Assembly: GCA_029267795.1 (NCBI GenBank)
Contig: JAJUHR010000001.1
Coordinates: 1-45,515 of the forward strand
Direction: 5' to 3'
DNA from: Planctomycetota bacterium
Lineage (GTDB): Bacteria; Planctomycetota; Phycisphaerae; Phycisphaerales; Phycisphaeraceae
DNA: 45,515 nt
Program-made: the position numbers and the translations under genes
Shown: positions 13,205-23,400 of the stretch, one piece after another
How the letters are laid out: each line of letters opens with the position of its first letter
Numbering within the stretch: the stretch's first letter is position 1
The notes under the pieces: model-generated
The model's input: the letters and a program-made list of their open reading frames with translations, nothing else
Database searches by the model: none
What the model was told of the DNA's origin: nothing

Positions 13205-13727
13205 AAAGAAAATCAAAAAAGATGCCAGAGAGCCCACCGATCGCCATGGCCGGACGCCCCACTGCCGACGACTTGGGCCTTTACTGGCTCGCCCGATTGG
13301 GTCTGCAACGGGTCGGAAGAACTGCCCCGAATGTGATGATGATCGTTTCAAGGCAGTCTCCTGGGTGGTTTCCCCGGGTAGTTTTCTAGACAGCCATCAT
13401 TCCAATTATCCTGTTCACCTAGGTTTGGTTCCTTGCCCCCGATATTAATGCTGGAACGCCGTTACCCTTTCGACCTCCCGCCGCCGGTCTTGCCGCCCGG
13501 CTGTGCGGAGGCATTATTGGCCAATTGGCCATCCGTCGGATAGAACCTAGCCTCTCTGCTTGGCGGGGAGGCAACGGACCTATGTGATGGGCAACCTCCT
13601 CCTGTCAACAATCGTTTTCGATTTGGTTTTTGCCCTGATTTGGTGAAAGCAACGTTGCCCCACCCCGTCGCCTTGCGACCTCCTGCCAACGGGATTCACA
13701 GCTATGGTGATTCCTGGCGGCTCCAAA

Positions 13728-15782
13728 CTACCGAACGTTTGGAGAGACGCCTGCCTTTCGCCAAATGTCTTCATTGGCGCAGAAATATTCTTGCCCATCG
13801 GCTCCGTTTCGCCGCAAGTGGACATTTCCTTGGCCTAGAAGGTGCTCCAATAGAGGCATCTTCAGGGCATCCTCGGGCGTCGCATCGGCGGGCTCCTTGA
13901 CCTCTCTTATTAGGTGATAGAGTTGCTTGCTCTTCACCCCCAACTCACGGTTGTTCCCGGGGTCCCCGGACGGGTTCCGAATGAACTTCGTCCTGGAGTC
14001 ATTGAGCTTCGAGACTAGGGCTAGGCCGAGTCGGTTGACTGCTGTCTGCGCAAACTGCATAATCGCATCGGCCAGTCCCGCTGCTCCTTCGATCGCCTCA
14101 TGCTTGTCGGTCTTGACATGCTGCCCGTAGCTTTCCTCGAAGTTGCGGATGCGAACGGGCAGCACAAACGGCTGCTCGGGCGCGCTCCACATGTAACAGT
14201 TACCTCGGATAGGCTCTCCGATCAGATGAGCCAGCACGTCGTCGGAGAAATGGGCGTTGTGGCGGTTGAGTACGCTGGCATCGGACTCGGACAGAAGATG
14301 GAAGGTAAACCAGTTGTCGGCTTGGCTCAGAAGTTCCCCTGCCAATGCTCCAGGTTGTTGGGTGATGAGAATGGCACCAAGTTCGTACTTGCGTCCCTCC
14401 TTCACCCACTCAACGAATGGACTCGATTCCTCCATCCTCTTACCAAGAACACTCTGCGCCTCCTCGATGACGGCGATCGTCGGGATGATCTGGTGCCCTC
14501 CGGTGAAGTTCTCCTGGTTGTGTGAGAAGATATGCCGAAGAAGAAGCCCTGCCACCATTTCGCCAGCAGCGCCACTCAGGAGGCTGATGTCAATCACGAC
14601 GATGCCGCCGCGGCGGAGTCCTTCGACGGTTCCTGACAAGACGCGGCTGTTTGGATCGTGGAGCAAACCGACGACGGCGTTCATGTTGCTGCGAGCTGCG
14701 GCAATCTCTGCAGCTGCCTGTTGAATCTGGTTCTGCTGATAGCCTAGCAGCCGACCGATGTCGGCATCGGCAGCTTGTAGTTTATCTTTGTAGACGAGGT
14801 CAACCATCGCTCGCCAGTCATTGGCGTGCAGCGACTTCAGCTTGATTACGTTCTGGTGTTCCTGCCGATCCGGCGATATACCAATTCCAATTACGTCCCG
14901 CGGCGGGAGATCCCGAATGTCAAGCTTCACATCGCCGACCTTCCATTTGCCGTAGTACGGCGACGGGACTGGGCGTTTTGTGAACACAGCAATTCGGTCG
15001 TGAAGATGTGGGACATCGCATAGACCGGGACGGGCCGGCTTCTTGGCTGTGTCAGGCCAGAAGTATTCCCCATCAGCATCGAAAATGAGTGTACCAACGG
15101 GTAGCCCACCATCGGTGCGGGGATCGGTCCGGTACAACTCGGCAAGCAAATATTTCATCAGATTGGATTTGCCATAACCCGCACGCGCAAACACGACGGA
15201 ACGACGGGAGACCAAGTTGTGGATGTTAAAGAGAACCGGCAACTCCGGGTCCATGGGACGTAGCACCGGGTCTTTGTGGGTGGTTCTGTTCCCGCTGTAG
15301 ACGAACTCGCCGAGCACGTAGTCTCCCAACACCGTCTCGCCGCCGCTTAACTTACAGAGTGTCCCGAGAACCGCCGCGCTTGGCAGCGCCACCCTTGCCC
15401 CCAGGTGAGGCAGGCGGCGTTGTGATGGCACGTACAGCACCTTCTCGTCCACGACTCGGACAGCGCCGAGCAGCTTGATCTGGACACGGTACTTCAGCCG
15501 CTGCTGCTTCAAGTCTTCTGGGACCGCCTGTTGGCGGCGCTGCATCGTGTTGATGTAGTCCTCGCCTTCCGCGCTTGCGAGCAGGCCAGTAGGCACGAAT
15601 CGGGTGATCCGGCCCAGAGCGGCCTCTTCCAACGAACCAAGTTCGACCAAGAGAAACTGCCCCAATTGCGGCCGTTCCATCATGCCAACGTTGTAAGGGG
15701 CGACAATCTCGGCTGCGAATTCCAGGCCCTTCTCATTGAAGCCCTTGAACGTGCCGAAGACCTCAGATTCTGCGAAGAGCAT
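13728..15782 (-). CDS. HerA-like (DUF87/FtsK-HerA superfamily) ATPase/translocase
   Basis: Walker A FARAGYGKSNLMKY, FDADGEYFW, Walker B-like GGIVVIDISLL, AVIEEAQSVL, EGRKYELGAILITQQPGAL. Confidence 0.85.
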   Translation of the reverse strand: MLFAESEVFGTFKGFNEKGLEFAAEIVAPYNVGMMERPQLGQFLLVELGSLEEAALGRITRFVPTGLLASAEGEDYINTMQRRQQAVPEDLKQQRLKYRVQIKLLGAVRVVDEKVLYVPSQRRLPHLGARVALPSAAVLGTLCKLSGGETVLGDYVLGEFVYSGNRTTHKDPVLRPMDPELPVLFNIHNLVSRRSVVFARAGYGKSNLMKYLLAELYRTDPRTDGGLPVGTLIFDADGEYFWPDTAKKPARPGLCDVPHLHDRIAVFTKRPVPSPYYGKWKVGDVKLDIRDLPPRDVIGIGISPDRQEHQNVIKLKSLHANDWRAMVDLVYKDKLQAADADIGRLLGYQQNQIQQAAAEIAAARSNMNAVVGLLHDPNSRVLSGTVEGLRRGGIVVIDISLLSGAAGEMVAGLLLRHIFSHNQENFTGGHQIIPTIAVIEEAQSVLGKRMEESSPFVEWVKEGRKYELGAILITQQPGALAGELLSQADNWFTFHLLSESDASVLNRHNAHFSDDVLAHLIGEPIRGNCYMWSAPEQPFVLPVRIRNFEESYGQHVKTDKHEAIEGAAGLADAIMQFAQTAVNRLGLALVSKLNDSRTKFIRNPSGDPGNNRELGVKSKQLYHLIREVKEPADATPEDALKMPLLEHLLGQGNVHLRRNGADGQEYFCANEDIWRKAGVSPNVR

Positions 15783-15785
15783 ACG

Positions 15786-16949
15786 TCATGCCTCCTTGTA
15801 GCGGATGGCCGCGAGTGATCTGCCCAGATGCTTGAGCCGAAGCAGCCGCTCCGCTTCGTCGGACTTCAAGCCATCGCATATCCCCCGGACGAGGAGGTCT
15901 TGCAAAACTTCGACTTCAAGTCCACTGAGCTTGGCGTAGTCATGTGCCCGCTGGATGCACATTGGATAGTCGGGAATTGGAAAGCCCTGTTGTGCGTCAA
16001 CGGTTAACTGACCAAGGATTCGTTCCGTCTGGTTTGTTTGCCATGCGGCGATGTCCACCGGCCAGACAGGATCGAAGGGGTGGTCGCCGAACTTGACGAG
16101 GTACATCCTGCCCATCGCTTGGTACAGACGTTGACCATCATCTTCAGGCTCCGTTGTTTCGTACGTGTTGAACCAGGTAAGATCGAAGTTGTAACAATCC
16201 TTCTCGATATCATCAGGCACCTTGACGTAACAAGGAAATGGCTTGTGGAAGGTCGCCTCAAGCTCCAGGGCAACCGCCAGCCGACCAAGGACGGCGCTGT
16301 GCTTCGCAACGCCTACGAGGGAGAGGATGACGTTCCGCTTTGCGTGCGATGCAACGCCTTCTCGAAGCTTTTGGTCGATCTGGGGAAATACCTCTCGCTT
16401 AAACGACTTCGTGCGAAGCAGCCCGTCCCGCACCAAGATCGTATCACCACCCCACTGGATTCCCGGATTCGTCGCGAGGTCGTAGAGGACAGCCCATTCG
16501 ATGATGTCGCGGTAGGACCGCATGGCGCCTGTGCTCTTGCCAGACTGGCCAAGTCCTTTCAGCAGGTACGACAAGCCCTCCAAGTCCCTGCCAAGGTCGG
16601 CACATAGCCGCTGCAAGGGTGCCACTGCGTTTGGACTGCCGGCCGTGACGCGATCTTTCAGCTGGTCGATGCTGGCCGTCCCCGGCACCGCGTCCAACAC
16701 GCATTGATTGCCTCTGGAGTCCACAACACGGACCAGTTCGACAAGAGCTGGGTTGAAGACAAGGCGGTTGTCGCCACCATCAGCAGACACGAAGGACACC
16801 GCATTGACGGCATAGGTCCTGAGCGGCTTGATGTCATTACGAAGGCGACGCGCATACTCCCGGAACTTGACCAAGATGGGGTCGTCTGCACGATAGGCGG
16901 CGAGGATTTTTTCTCTCAGTGCCGCGAGGTCGAGATTCGCCAGGGCCAT
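15786..16949 (-). CDS. NurA-like 5'-3' nuclease
   Basis: VSFVSADGGDN (N-terminal catalytic Asp region), ILVRDGLL, LVGVAKHS, IPDYPMCIQRAHDYAKLS. This pattern is typical of the NurA domain. There is a 3-nt gap to the HerA-like gene. Confidence 0.7.
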   Translation of the reverse strand: MALANLDLAALREKILAAYRADDPILVKFREYARRLRNDIKPLRTYAVNAVSFVSADGGDNRLVFNPALVELVRVVDSRGNQCVLDAVPGTASIDQLKDRVTAGSPNAVAPLQRLCADLGRDLEGLSYLLKGLGQSGKSTGAMRSYRDIIEWAVLYDLATNPGIQWGGDTILVRDGLLRTKSFKREVFPQIDQKLREGVASHAKRNVILSLVGVAKHSAVLGRLAVALELEATFHKPFPCYVKVPDDIEKDCYNFDLTWFNTYETTEPEDDGQRLYQAMGRMYLVKFGDHPFDPVWPVDIAAWQTNQTERILGQLTVDAQQGFPIPDYPMCIQRAHDYAKLSGLEVEVLQDLLVRGICDGLKSDEAERLLRLKHLGRSLAAIRYKEA

Positions 16950-16961
16950 GGTTGTCTCCCA

Positions 16962-18176
16962 TTAGCCGCCTGGAGCGGCTCGCCGAAGCGCGGGTACCGT
17001 GCGCGGTTCCGCAAGCAGATGGAGTAGAGCATCCCTTTGCCATGCACGGAACTCGGGCCTGCGGTCCGCCCGCGGAACAAGCCAACGCTCCCTTGCCCAC
17101 TCAGAAACTTTGGCGACGGTTGGCAAGTCGGAGTAGTCAGGTTTGATGGTGAGTCCCTGCAACACCTCCCTTGCGTTTGCCGCCAGGATACAGGCGAATA
17201 CCTCTCGCGCGATTCCGTGTCTGAGAAGGTCCGGGTTCATGCCAATCTGAGAGAGCACCTTGCGGACAGCCCTAAGCCTCCAGTTCGGTCCATCGCCGTA
17301 CTGGTGATTGTTTGCGTAAGCCTCTTCGGCTGTTACCAGGTACTCACGCATGGAAGCAAACAGGCTGTCGGGGATATGAAAGTGCCCCCAGCCTGATGTG
17401 TAGCCCAGCGACTCGAAGAACCGCCGGCCGTTGAGAATCAGCCGGTTATAGACGGCAGAACGGCCGAGGGCAGACGTGGTGGTCACGAGGCATAGGGATG
17501 GCCGCTTCCGCTTCTTGGAGATCAGGCCCCTCGACTTGGCGAACTTGGCGGCAAAGGCATCCCGCACCTCGCTAGTGCCCGCGAGGCAGGCGACCAGTTT
17601 GCCACCCAAGAGCATGTTGTAAGGCGGCACGGCCCCAAGAACATAGGCGTCGAGCACGTTCACAAGCCGCTGCCGGCGCTGTTCAACGGTCCAGCCGATC
17701 CAATCATCCCGGACCTTGAGATTGAACACCGGGTCGCCGAGTGCCATCAGGCCGATCAACTTCCCGTTGGAGTCGTCCCAAACGAGGTACCGCATCCGCC
17801 GGCCGTAGCCTTGAGATACCGGCACGCTCCATGTGAGGCTGGCTAGGCGAAAGAGGTCAGACTGCCAAGTATCTGATGCTACAAGCTCCAGACGTGCGTC
17901 CACCCGGTCTGTGTTAACCTCGCTCCCGTCTGCAAAGTACCGCCGGAGCTTCGGCCAAGAGTTCGCGACCAGCGTGCGCAACCCTGTCAGTTTCTCAGCC
18001 CGCTGAGCTTGGTGCATCCTTCGGAAGCACTCTTTGGTCAGTTCGGGTGGCTGAAGGTGGCCGGAACCTTTGCGCGTGAATCCGAGTTTGCGAAGGTGCT
18101 CGCGAAGCTGCCGCTTGATTCGGGCCTCTCGTGTGAACAACGGGATGTTGGTAGGTTTCTTGCCACGTCTCGGCAC
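16962..18176 (-). CDS. DUF4338-like protein (Druantia DruA-like)
   Basis: GYGRRMRYLVWDDSNGKLIGLMALGDPVFNLKVRDDWIGWTVEQRRQRLVNVLDAYVLGAVPPYNMLLGGKL matches my recollection of the DUF4338 core (G..lRYLV ... RD.wIGW ... R..L). GTG start at 18176. There is a 12-nt gap to the NurA-like gene. Confidence 0.55.
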   Translation of the reverse strand: MPRRGKKPTNIPLFTREARIKRQLREHLRKLGFTRKGSGHLQPPELTKECFRRMHQAQRAEKLTGLRTLVANSWPKLRRYFADGSEVNTDRVDARLELVASDTWQSDLFRLASLTWSVPVSQGYGRRMRYLVWDDSNGKLIGLMALGDPVFNLKVRDDWIGWTVEQRRQRLVNVLDAYVLGAVPPYNMLLGGKLVACLAGTSEVRDAFAAKFAKSRGLISKKRKRPSLCLVTTTSALGRSAVYNRLILNGRRFFESLGYTSGWGHFHIPDSLFASMREYLVTAEEAYANNHQYGDGPNWRLRAVRKVLSQIGMNPDLLRHGIAREVFACILAANAREVLQGLTIKPDYSDLPTVAKVSEWARERWLVPRADRRPEFRAWQRDALLHLLAEPRTVPALRRAAPGG

Positions 18177-18515
18177 GATGCTTACCCCCTAGTTACACCT
18201 TCAGTTCTTGGGGATGGACGTGCAAAAAGGGGCGCAAGTCAGCGCCAGAAGGAATGCACTTGGGTCATCAATATAGCCGTCAGGTGAGCGATGGCCAAGT
18301 AGTTGATGGGGGGCTTTATCGCCTCCATCGGAGCCTGTTATGAACGATCGTCTTACATTGACCCAGTAGCGGTCATCAGGAATTGACCCACCCGGGGAGT
18401 GTGGCGTTGCTGCTGGCCCTGCAGAGTCAGCAGCAACGGATCGTTTCGCTCAACCCAGCTGCCTCGCTGACCCTTGGGGTTTTCATCCCCACACCTATCA
18501 AGGCCGGCCGTGATC

Positions 18516-18641
18516 ATGGCGGATCAATTCGTGAGCATCAGAAAACCCTGACAAGAAGGTCACTCCATCCGGGCCATCGCCCGGCTCACCGGCTACGCCC
18601 GTAAGGAGGCGCTGATCACCCTTGGCTCCGCCCCGCTTCAT
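18516..18641 (+). pseudogene. Remnant of a transposase N-terminal HTH (IS21 IstA-like) with an in-frame TGA
   Basis: Reads MADQFVSIRKP-stop(18549-18551)-QEGHSIRAIARLTGYARKEALI. It is in the same frame as the downstream ORF, and no transposase body follows it. Confidence 0.4.
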
Positions 18642-20237
18642 GTGTCGGAATTTCGGAGCGAGGTGCTCAAGCAGCTCGGTGAGACACGCCTATCCACGGC
18701 GATCGAGACGGACATCGCTGGCGAGCGATCACATGCGAAGGTGCTGGACGTGGACGCCAAGGGATCGCTGCGAGAGATCCACCGCCGCGTCGGTACGGCG
18801 ATCCTGTTCGAGTCGTCAGGTGGACAGCGAGACAAAGTAGCCCACCTGCCGGAACTTCGCTTCGCGCTCGGTAAACCGGATATCGAGACGACGTCCATCG
18901 ATACTGCTGCCATCGCGCTGGAACGCAAGGCGTTCTTCCTCCAGAAGGTCGGCTCCGATGGTTTCAAGGTCTACCACAAGGCCAAGATCGACAAGGCAGT
19001 GCACGACCGGCGAGCATCGTTAGACGACGAGACCGACATCAAGCCGGTGATGCGGAACCTGGCTGAAGAGGAGTTCCGTCGTGGGGCGTCGCTGCCGCTC
19101 GTGCGGTTCCCGGAGGACGAACCGATCCAGGATTCGCCGCGGCTGACGCTGGTGCTCGTCGACCCGGTGCTGGAATGGAACGGCGGGGACCTGCGGCAGC
19201 GGATCGTAGAAGTGACAAAGAACCGCGGCAAATCGTCTCGCCTGTACCCAGGATCGCTCGTCTGGTGCGTGCGAAAGACCGGACGCGACTTGAAAGACAA
19301 GATCGAACTCCTCCAGGCGTGGCGACGCGTGCAGCGCGACGTAATCGATGGCGTGCTCGGGCCAGATTTCGAGAAAGCCGATCGCCAGGAGATCGCGGTC
19401 AAAGTGAATGAAGCCGAGGAAGCAGCGCGTGACGAGGTCTGGGCGGGTTACCGCTGGGTGATTCTCGACAACGCCCAGGAGCCCGGCGGCTTAAGGGTAA
19501 TCGACCTCGGCGCGGGCCACGCGAGCGGCTCAGAGACGCTGTGCAGTCGAATCCTCAGCGCATTGAAGGCGGAGGGGTTGCTGAACGACTCGGTCGGCGC
19601 GGGCTACATCGACCGCAACTGGCCACCGGCGTTCAAGGAATCGGGCGCATGGCCGCTGGCGAGCTTGCGTCAGAGTTTTCTCAACGGCGCCCTAACCCGC
19701 CTCGTCGATCCCGATGCGGTCCTTCGACGCAAAATTGTGGAGTTTGTGCAAAACGGTGACTTTGGCCTCGCATCGGGTCCGAAGGGAGAGGGTACCTACG
19801 AGCGGCTTTGGTTCCAAGAACCGATCACGCCGGATGAAGTCGCATTTGAGCCAGGCGTGGTATTACTCAAGAAACACACCGCGGCATTGGGGAAGCGATC
19901 CAATGCTCCAACCACGCTTGCGGCGGTGGAATCCGAGCCGCCGGCTGGGGCGACGCCCACAAGCGGTGGTCCAAAGTCGCAACCGCCGAAGCTTCCGTCG
20001 GCTCCGCAAACCGTACGTCTGCGCGTCAGTGGCAACGTGCCGCCCGAGCAATGGAACAGGTTGGGCACCAAGATCCTCCCAAAGTTACGGCTCGGGAGGG
20101 ACCTGCAGATCTGCGTGGAGTTCTCGATCACCGCTGAGTCCGGTGTTTCGCAGGAGATTCGCAGCGAGCTGCGGCAAATATTGGATGACCTCAGCTTGAC
20201 CGGTGCACTCCGCGTGGAGTGTTCATCAGCAACCTGA
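18642..20237 (+). CDS. Hypothetical protein, probably a 5'-truncated C-terminal fragment of a large DUF499/BrxC-like P-loop ATPase
   Basis: 531-aa ORF with a GTG start and no Walker A motif. The layout (RLTLVLVDP, SRLYPGSLVWCVRK, LQAWRRVQRDV, WAGYRWVIL, WPPAFKESGAWPLASLRQSF, GDFGLASG) resembles my memory of the C-terminal halves of DUF499 ATPases. It lies immediately downstream of the IS scar. Confidence 0.35.
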   Translation: MSEFRSEVLKQLGETRLSTAIETDIAGERSHAKVLDVDAKGSLREIHRRVGTAILFESSGGQRDKVAHLPELRFALGKPDIETTSIDTAAIALERKAFFLQKVGSDGFKVYHKAKIDKAVHDRRASLDDETDIKPVMRNLAEEEFRRGASLPLVRFPEDEPIQDSPRLTLVLVDPVLEWNGGDLRQRIVEVTKNRGKSSRLYPGSLVWCVRKTGRDLKDKIELLQAWRRVQRDVIDGVLGPDFEKADRQEIAVKVNEAEEAARDEVWAGYRWVILDNAQEPGGLRVIDLGAGHASGSETLCSRILSALKAEGLLNDSVGAGYIDRNWPPAFKESGAWPLASLRQSFLNGALTRLVDPDAVLRRKIVEFVQNGDFGLASGPKGEGTYERLWFQEPITPDEVAFEPGVVLLKKHTAALGKRSNAPTTLAAVESEPPAGATPTSGGPKSQPPKLPSAPQTVRLRVSGNVPPEQWNRLGTKILPKLRLGRDLQICVEFSITAESGVSQEIRSELRQILDDLSLTGALRVECSSAT

Positions 20238-20488
20238 GTGATGGGTGGCCACAGGAGCCCGCGAACCTTCTTGCATGCAAACGGTTACACTGGTCATGCA
20301 GCTCCCCCGTTTACTTCCACATCAACACCTTCCAGCCCGAGAGCTGCTTATTCAAACCAATGTGCGAAGGATTCAGAACGTTATCCCGCGCCGGGACTAC
20401 TCAACTGGGGCACGCTGCGCTTTGCCCCAACCACTCGCCGCTTGCTGGCGGACAAGCTGGCTGTCGACCCGTCCGCGACCAGTTTATA

Positions 20489-23400
20489 TCATGGGTGGTG
20501 GGTGACTATTACTTCATCGTCATTGGATTTGAATTCGTCTATTCTTTTCCACGTTGGGCCAGTAATCTTCGGTTTCCAAACTGGGTTGTCCTTCGAACAT
20601 TCGCAGCAAACCGTCCAGGTTGCTTCGAATTCCAAACTCCACTCATAGTCGAAAGCCTCCGCGACTGTTCCATAGATCAATGTTCCAATCCCAGTAACTA
20701 GACCCCCTAGTCCTCCCCCAGCTTTTCCTCCTGCTATCGCTCCTGCTTTTATTCCTACTACTGTTACTCCTGGTCCTCCTAATGATGCTGGTATTCCGAT
20801 TCCCGCTGCTCCTAATCCTGCCCCGAGAGCACTTCCTATCGCAATCCCCCCCCCTGTTGCTTTGCTTACAGTTTCAAACAAGGGGAAATCCCTTTCCTTG
20901 GACGATCCAGTCCATTTAATGAATATGCCGTCAGGGTTATTGTCACCGCACTTCACGCGCCCCACATGCTCAAACCCGGTATTGTCAGATTCGGTATTTT
21001 TTTTCACCAGGTCCGCGTGGGGTGGCTTATCCTTCTCCCATGCGACCGTACCTTGGTCATTACAAGTAACGTCGGCCTCGAAGTGGAAATGAACCAACGT
21101 AACGGGCCCGGGCCCGGTGAATTGAACCCACGAACCGCCCCGAAACATGGTTTTATCTAGGATTTTTACATCGCCGGTGATCTTCTCTAGTCCTGATGGA
21201 TCGAGGAACATGGTCGGTGCACTGTGGACATATTCGTAGAGGTTCCATCCGCCTTTAAAGCCGATCGGATCTCGCTGCGCGAACCTACCCAGAGTCGCGT
21301 CGTAGGTACGTGCACGGTAGTGATACAAGTCGATTTCCGGGTCGAATTCCCGGCCGGTGTAGAGGTAGCGAGTGTTCCCCGACGGTTCGGTTTGAGCAAT
21401 CACTTTGCCGAACGAGTCGTAGGTGAGGTGGTTGACCACGCCCCCAGAGGAGTCTACCAAGTCGCGAGTGGTGCCGAGGTGATCGGTCAGCAGCCAGAGC
21501 ACACTTGTGGAGTTGCCAGCACCGTCGTAGTTTTCCTGAGCCAGGACCATGTCGACCCCCGGACCGTGCAGATACCGTGCAGCGAGCACCGGTGTGCTTG
21601 GGCCCGTGTCGTCGACATCCACAAAATCCAAAATCACGTCTTCGCGGTCGTAAACGAAATGAGTGGCCCTCGGAAGTGCAGCACCTGCACCATCCGCATC
21701 AACCATCTTCGCGATCCGGCGGTTCAATGCATCGTAAGTAAACTCAACCTCCTGAGTGACGACTCCACCTTCACCGACACGATCGGTCACGCGCACCAAT
21801 CGGTTGCGGTGGTCGTAAGTAAACTCGCGCACTTCGCCGGTGGCGATGTTCATTCGGCGGATCGTGTTGCCTTCGTCGTCGTAGTCGTACGTGAACGTAC
21901 CGTCGGACAGCAGTGTATTGGCAGGTCCCGTCACGTAGCCGTTGCCGTGCAGGTGGGAGTCGAGCCGGTTGCCGTTGGCGTCGTAGGTGTAGCCCTCGTC
22001 AGGGTTGGTCGCGTCGGCGTGGTCGGCGCCGATGAGTTGGCTGCGGTTGTCGTAGGTGTAATCCGTCCGGCCGTCGACGTCGGTGAGGGCCGTGATCTGA
22101 CTGGCGTCGTCGTATTCGAAGTCGAAGAACGAGATGGTCCCCAGCGTGTTGCTGTGGGTTAGATTCCTGATGCGGTTGAGGGTGTCATAATGGTAGCTGC
22201 TCTCAGCCACAAGCCCATTGCCCGCTAGGTCAGCGAATCGCTGGATGGAACCCAACTGACCGATAGGGTTATAGTCGAGGTCGACGCGCTTCTCGGTGAG
22301 GCCCGAGCCAGACTGGGTGATCCGCGTGGTGCGGTCCATGGTGTCGTATGCGTAGCTGGTCACGCCAGCCGCCGTGCCGTCGATGGAGTCCGACACGGCC
22401 AGCACGTTCCCCACTGGGTCGTACCTGTAATCCAGCACGACGTGGGGCGAGCCTGGCGTCCCCGCGTTGTCCACGCGGGTCGGACGGTTTAGGTCGTCGT
22501 AAGTGACAGCCAAGCTGCTGAAACGATCGGTGATTTGGAGCAGGTTGCCTACGGGGTCGTAGCTGCTGGCGATTACCTGGTCGGTGCCGATCCACCTCTC
22601 TTGAACCACCCGATCCAAAGCGTCGTATTCCATTTCCGTGCGGCGGCCGTTGCGGTCGGTCATCGCGACTAAGTTTCCTACCGCGTCGTATTCGAAGGAC
22701 CTCGCTTTCCCGAGTGGATCGATCTCGCGGAAGAGGCGGTTGAGCTCGTCGTATTCGAAAGTGGTCTTATTGCCAACCGGATCGGTGAGGGAAATTAGGT
22801 TGTCGTTGTGGTCGTAGGTGCATTTCGTGATTCCGCCATCCGGGTCGATGGTCTGGGTGAGGCGGTTACGCCCGTCGTAGATGAACTGAGTTTGCCTCCC
22901 GAGTTCGTCGGTTACAGCGATGAGATTGCCCAGGGCGTCGTACGAATAAATCGCCCTCTTGCCCTCCGCGTTAATGATTTCGATTTGCCTGTTCAGAGCG
23001 TCGTAAGTTAGGTGCGTGGTGTTGCCGCGGGCGTCGGTGGCGGCGACAAGGTTGCCCATAGCGTCGTACTGGCTGATCGATCTGTTCCCAAGTGGGTCGG
23101 TGAGTTGAATCTGGCGATCAAGGGCGTCGTAGGTATACTGTGTGGTTCTGCCAAGCTCATCCGTTACAGCCACAAGATTGCCGGCCGCGTCGTACTCCGA
23201 TCGGCTCACATCGCCGAGCGGATTGGTGATGGCAATCAACCGGTCGCGATGATCGTATGTGAAATGGGTGGTTCGACCCAGCTGATCTGTCTGAGTAATC
23301 AGTTGATTCGCTTTGTCATAAGTGGATGTGGACACACCGCCCAGCGGGTCGATCTGGCGGACCAGCCGATCCAGGTCGTCATACTCTGAGCGGGTCCTGC

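Noticed and set aside
20219-20701. + strand ORFs overlapping the end of the RHS gene, considered as a possible immunity gene
   Set aside because: They are antisense or convergent to the toxin tip, Cys/Pro/Ser-rich, and lack an RBS. Immunity genes normally follow the toxin on the same strand.
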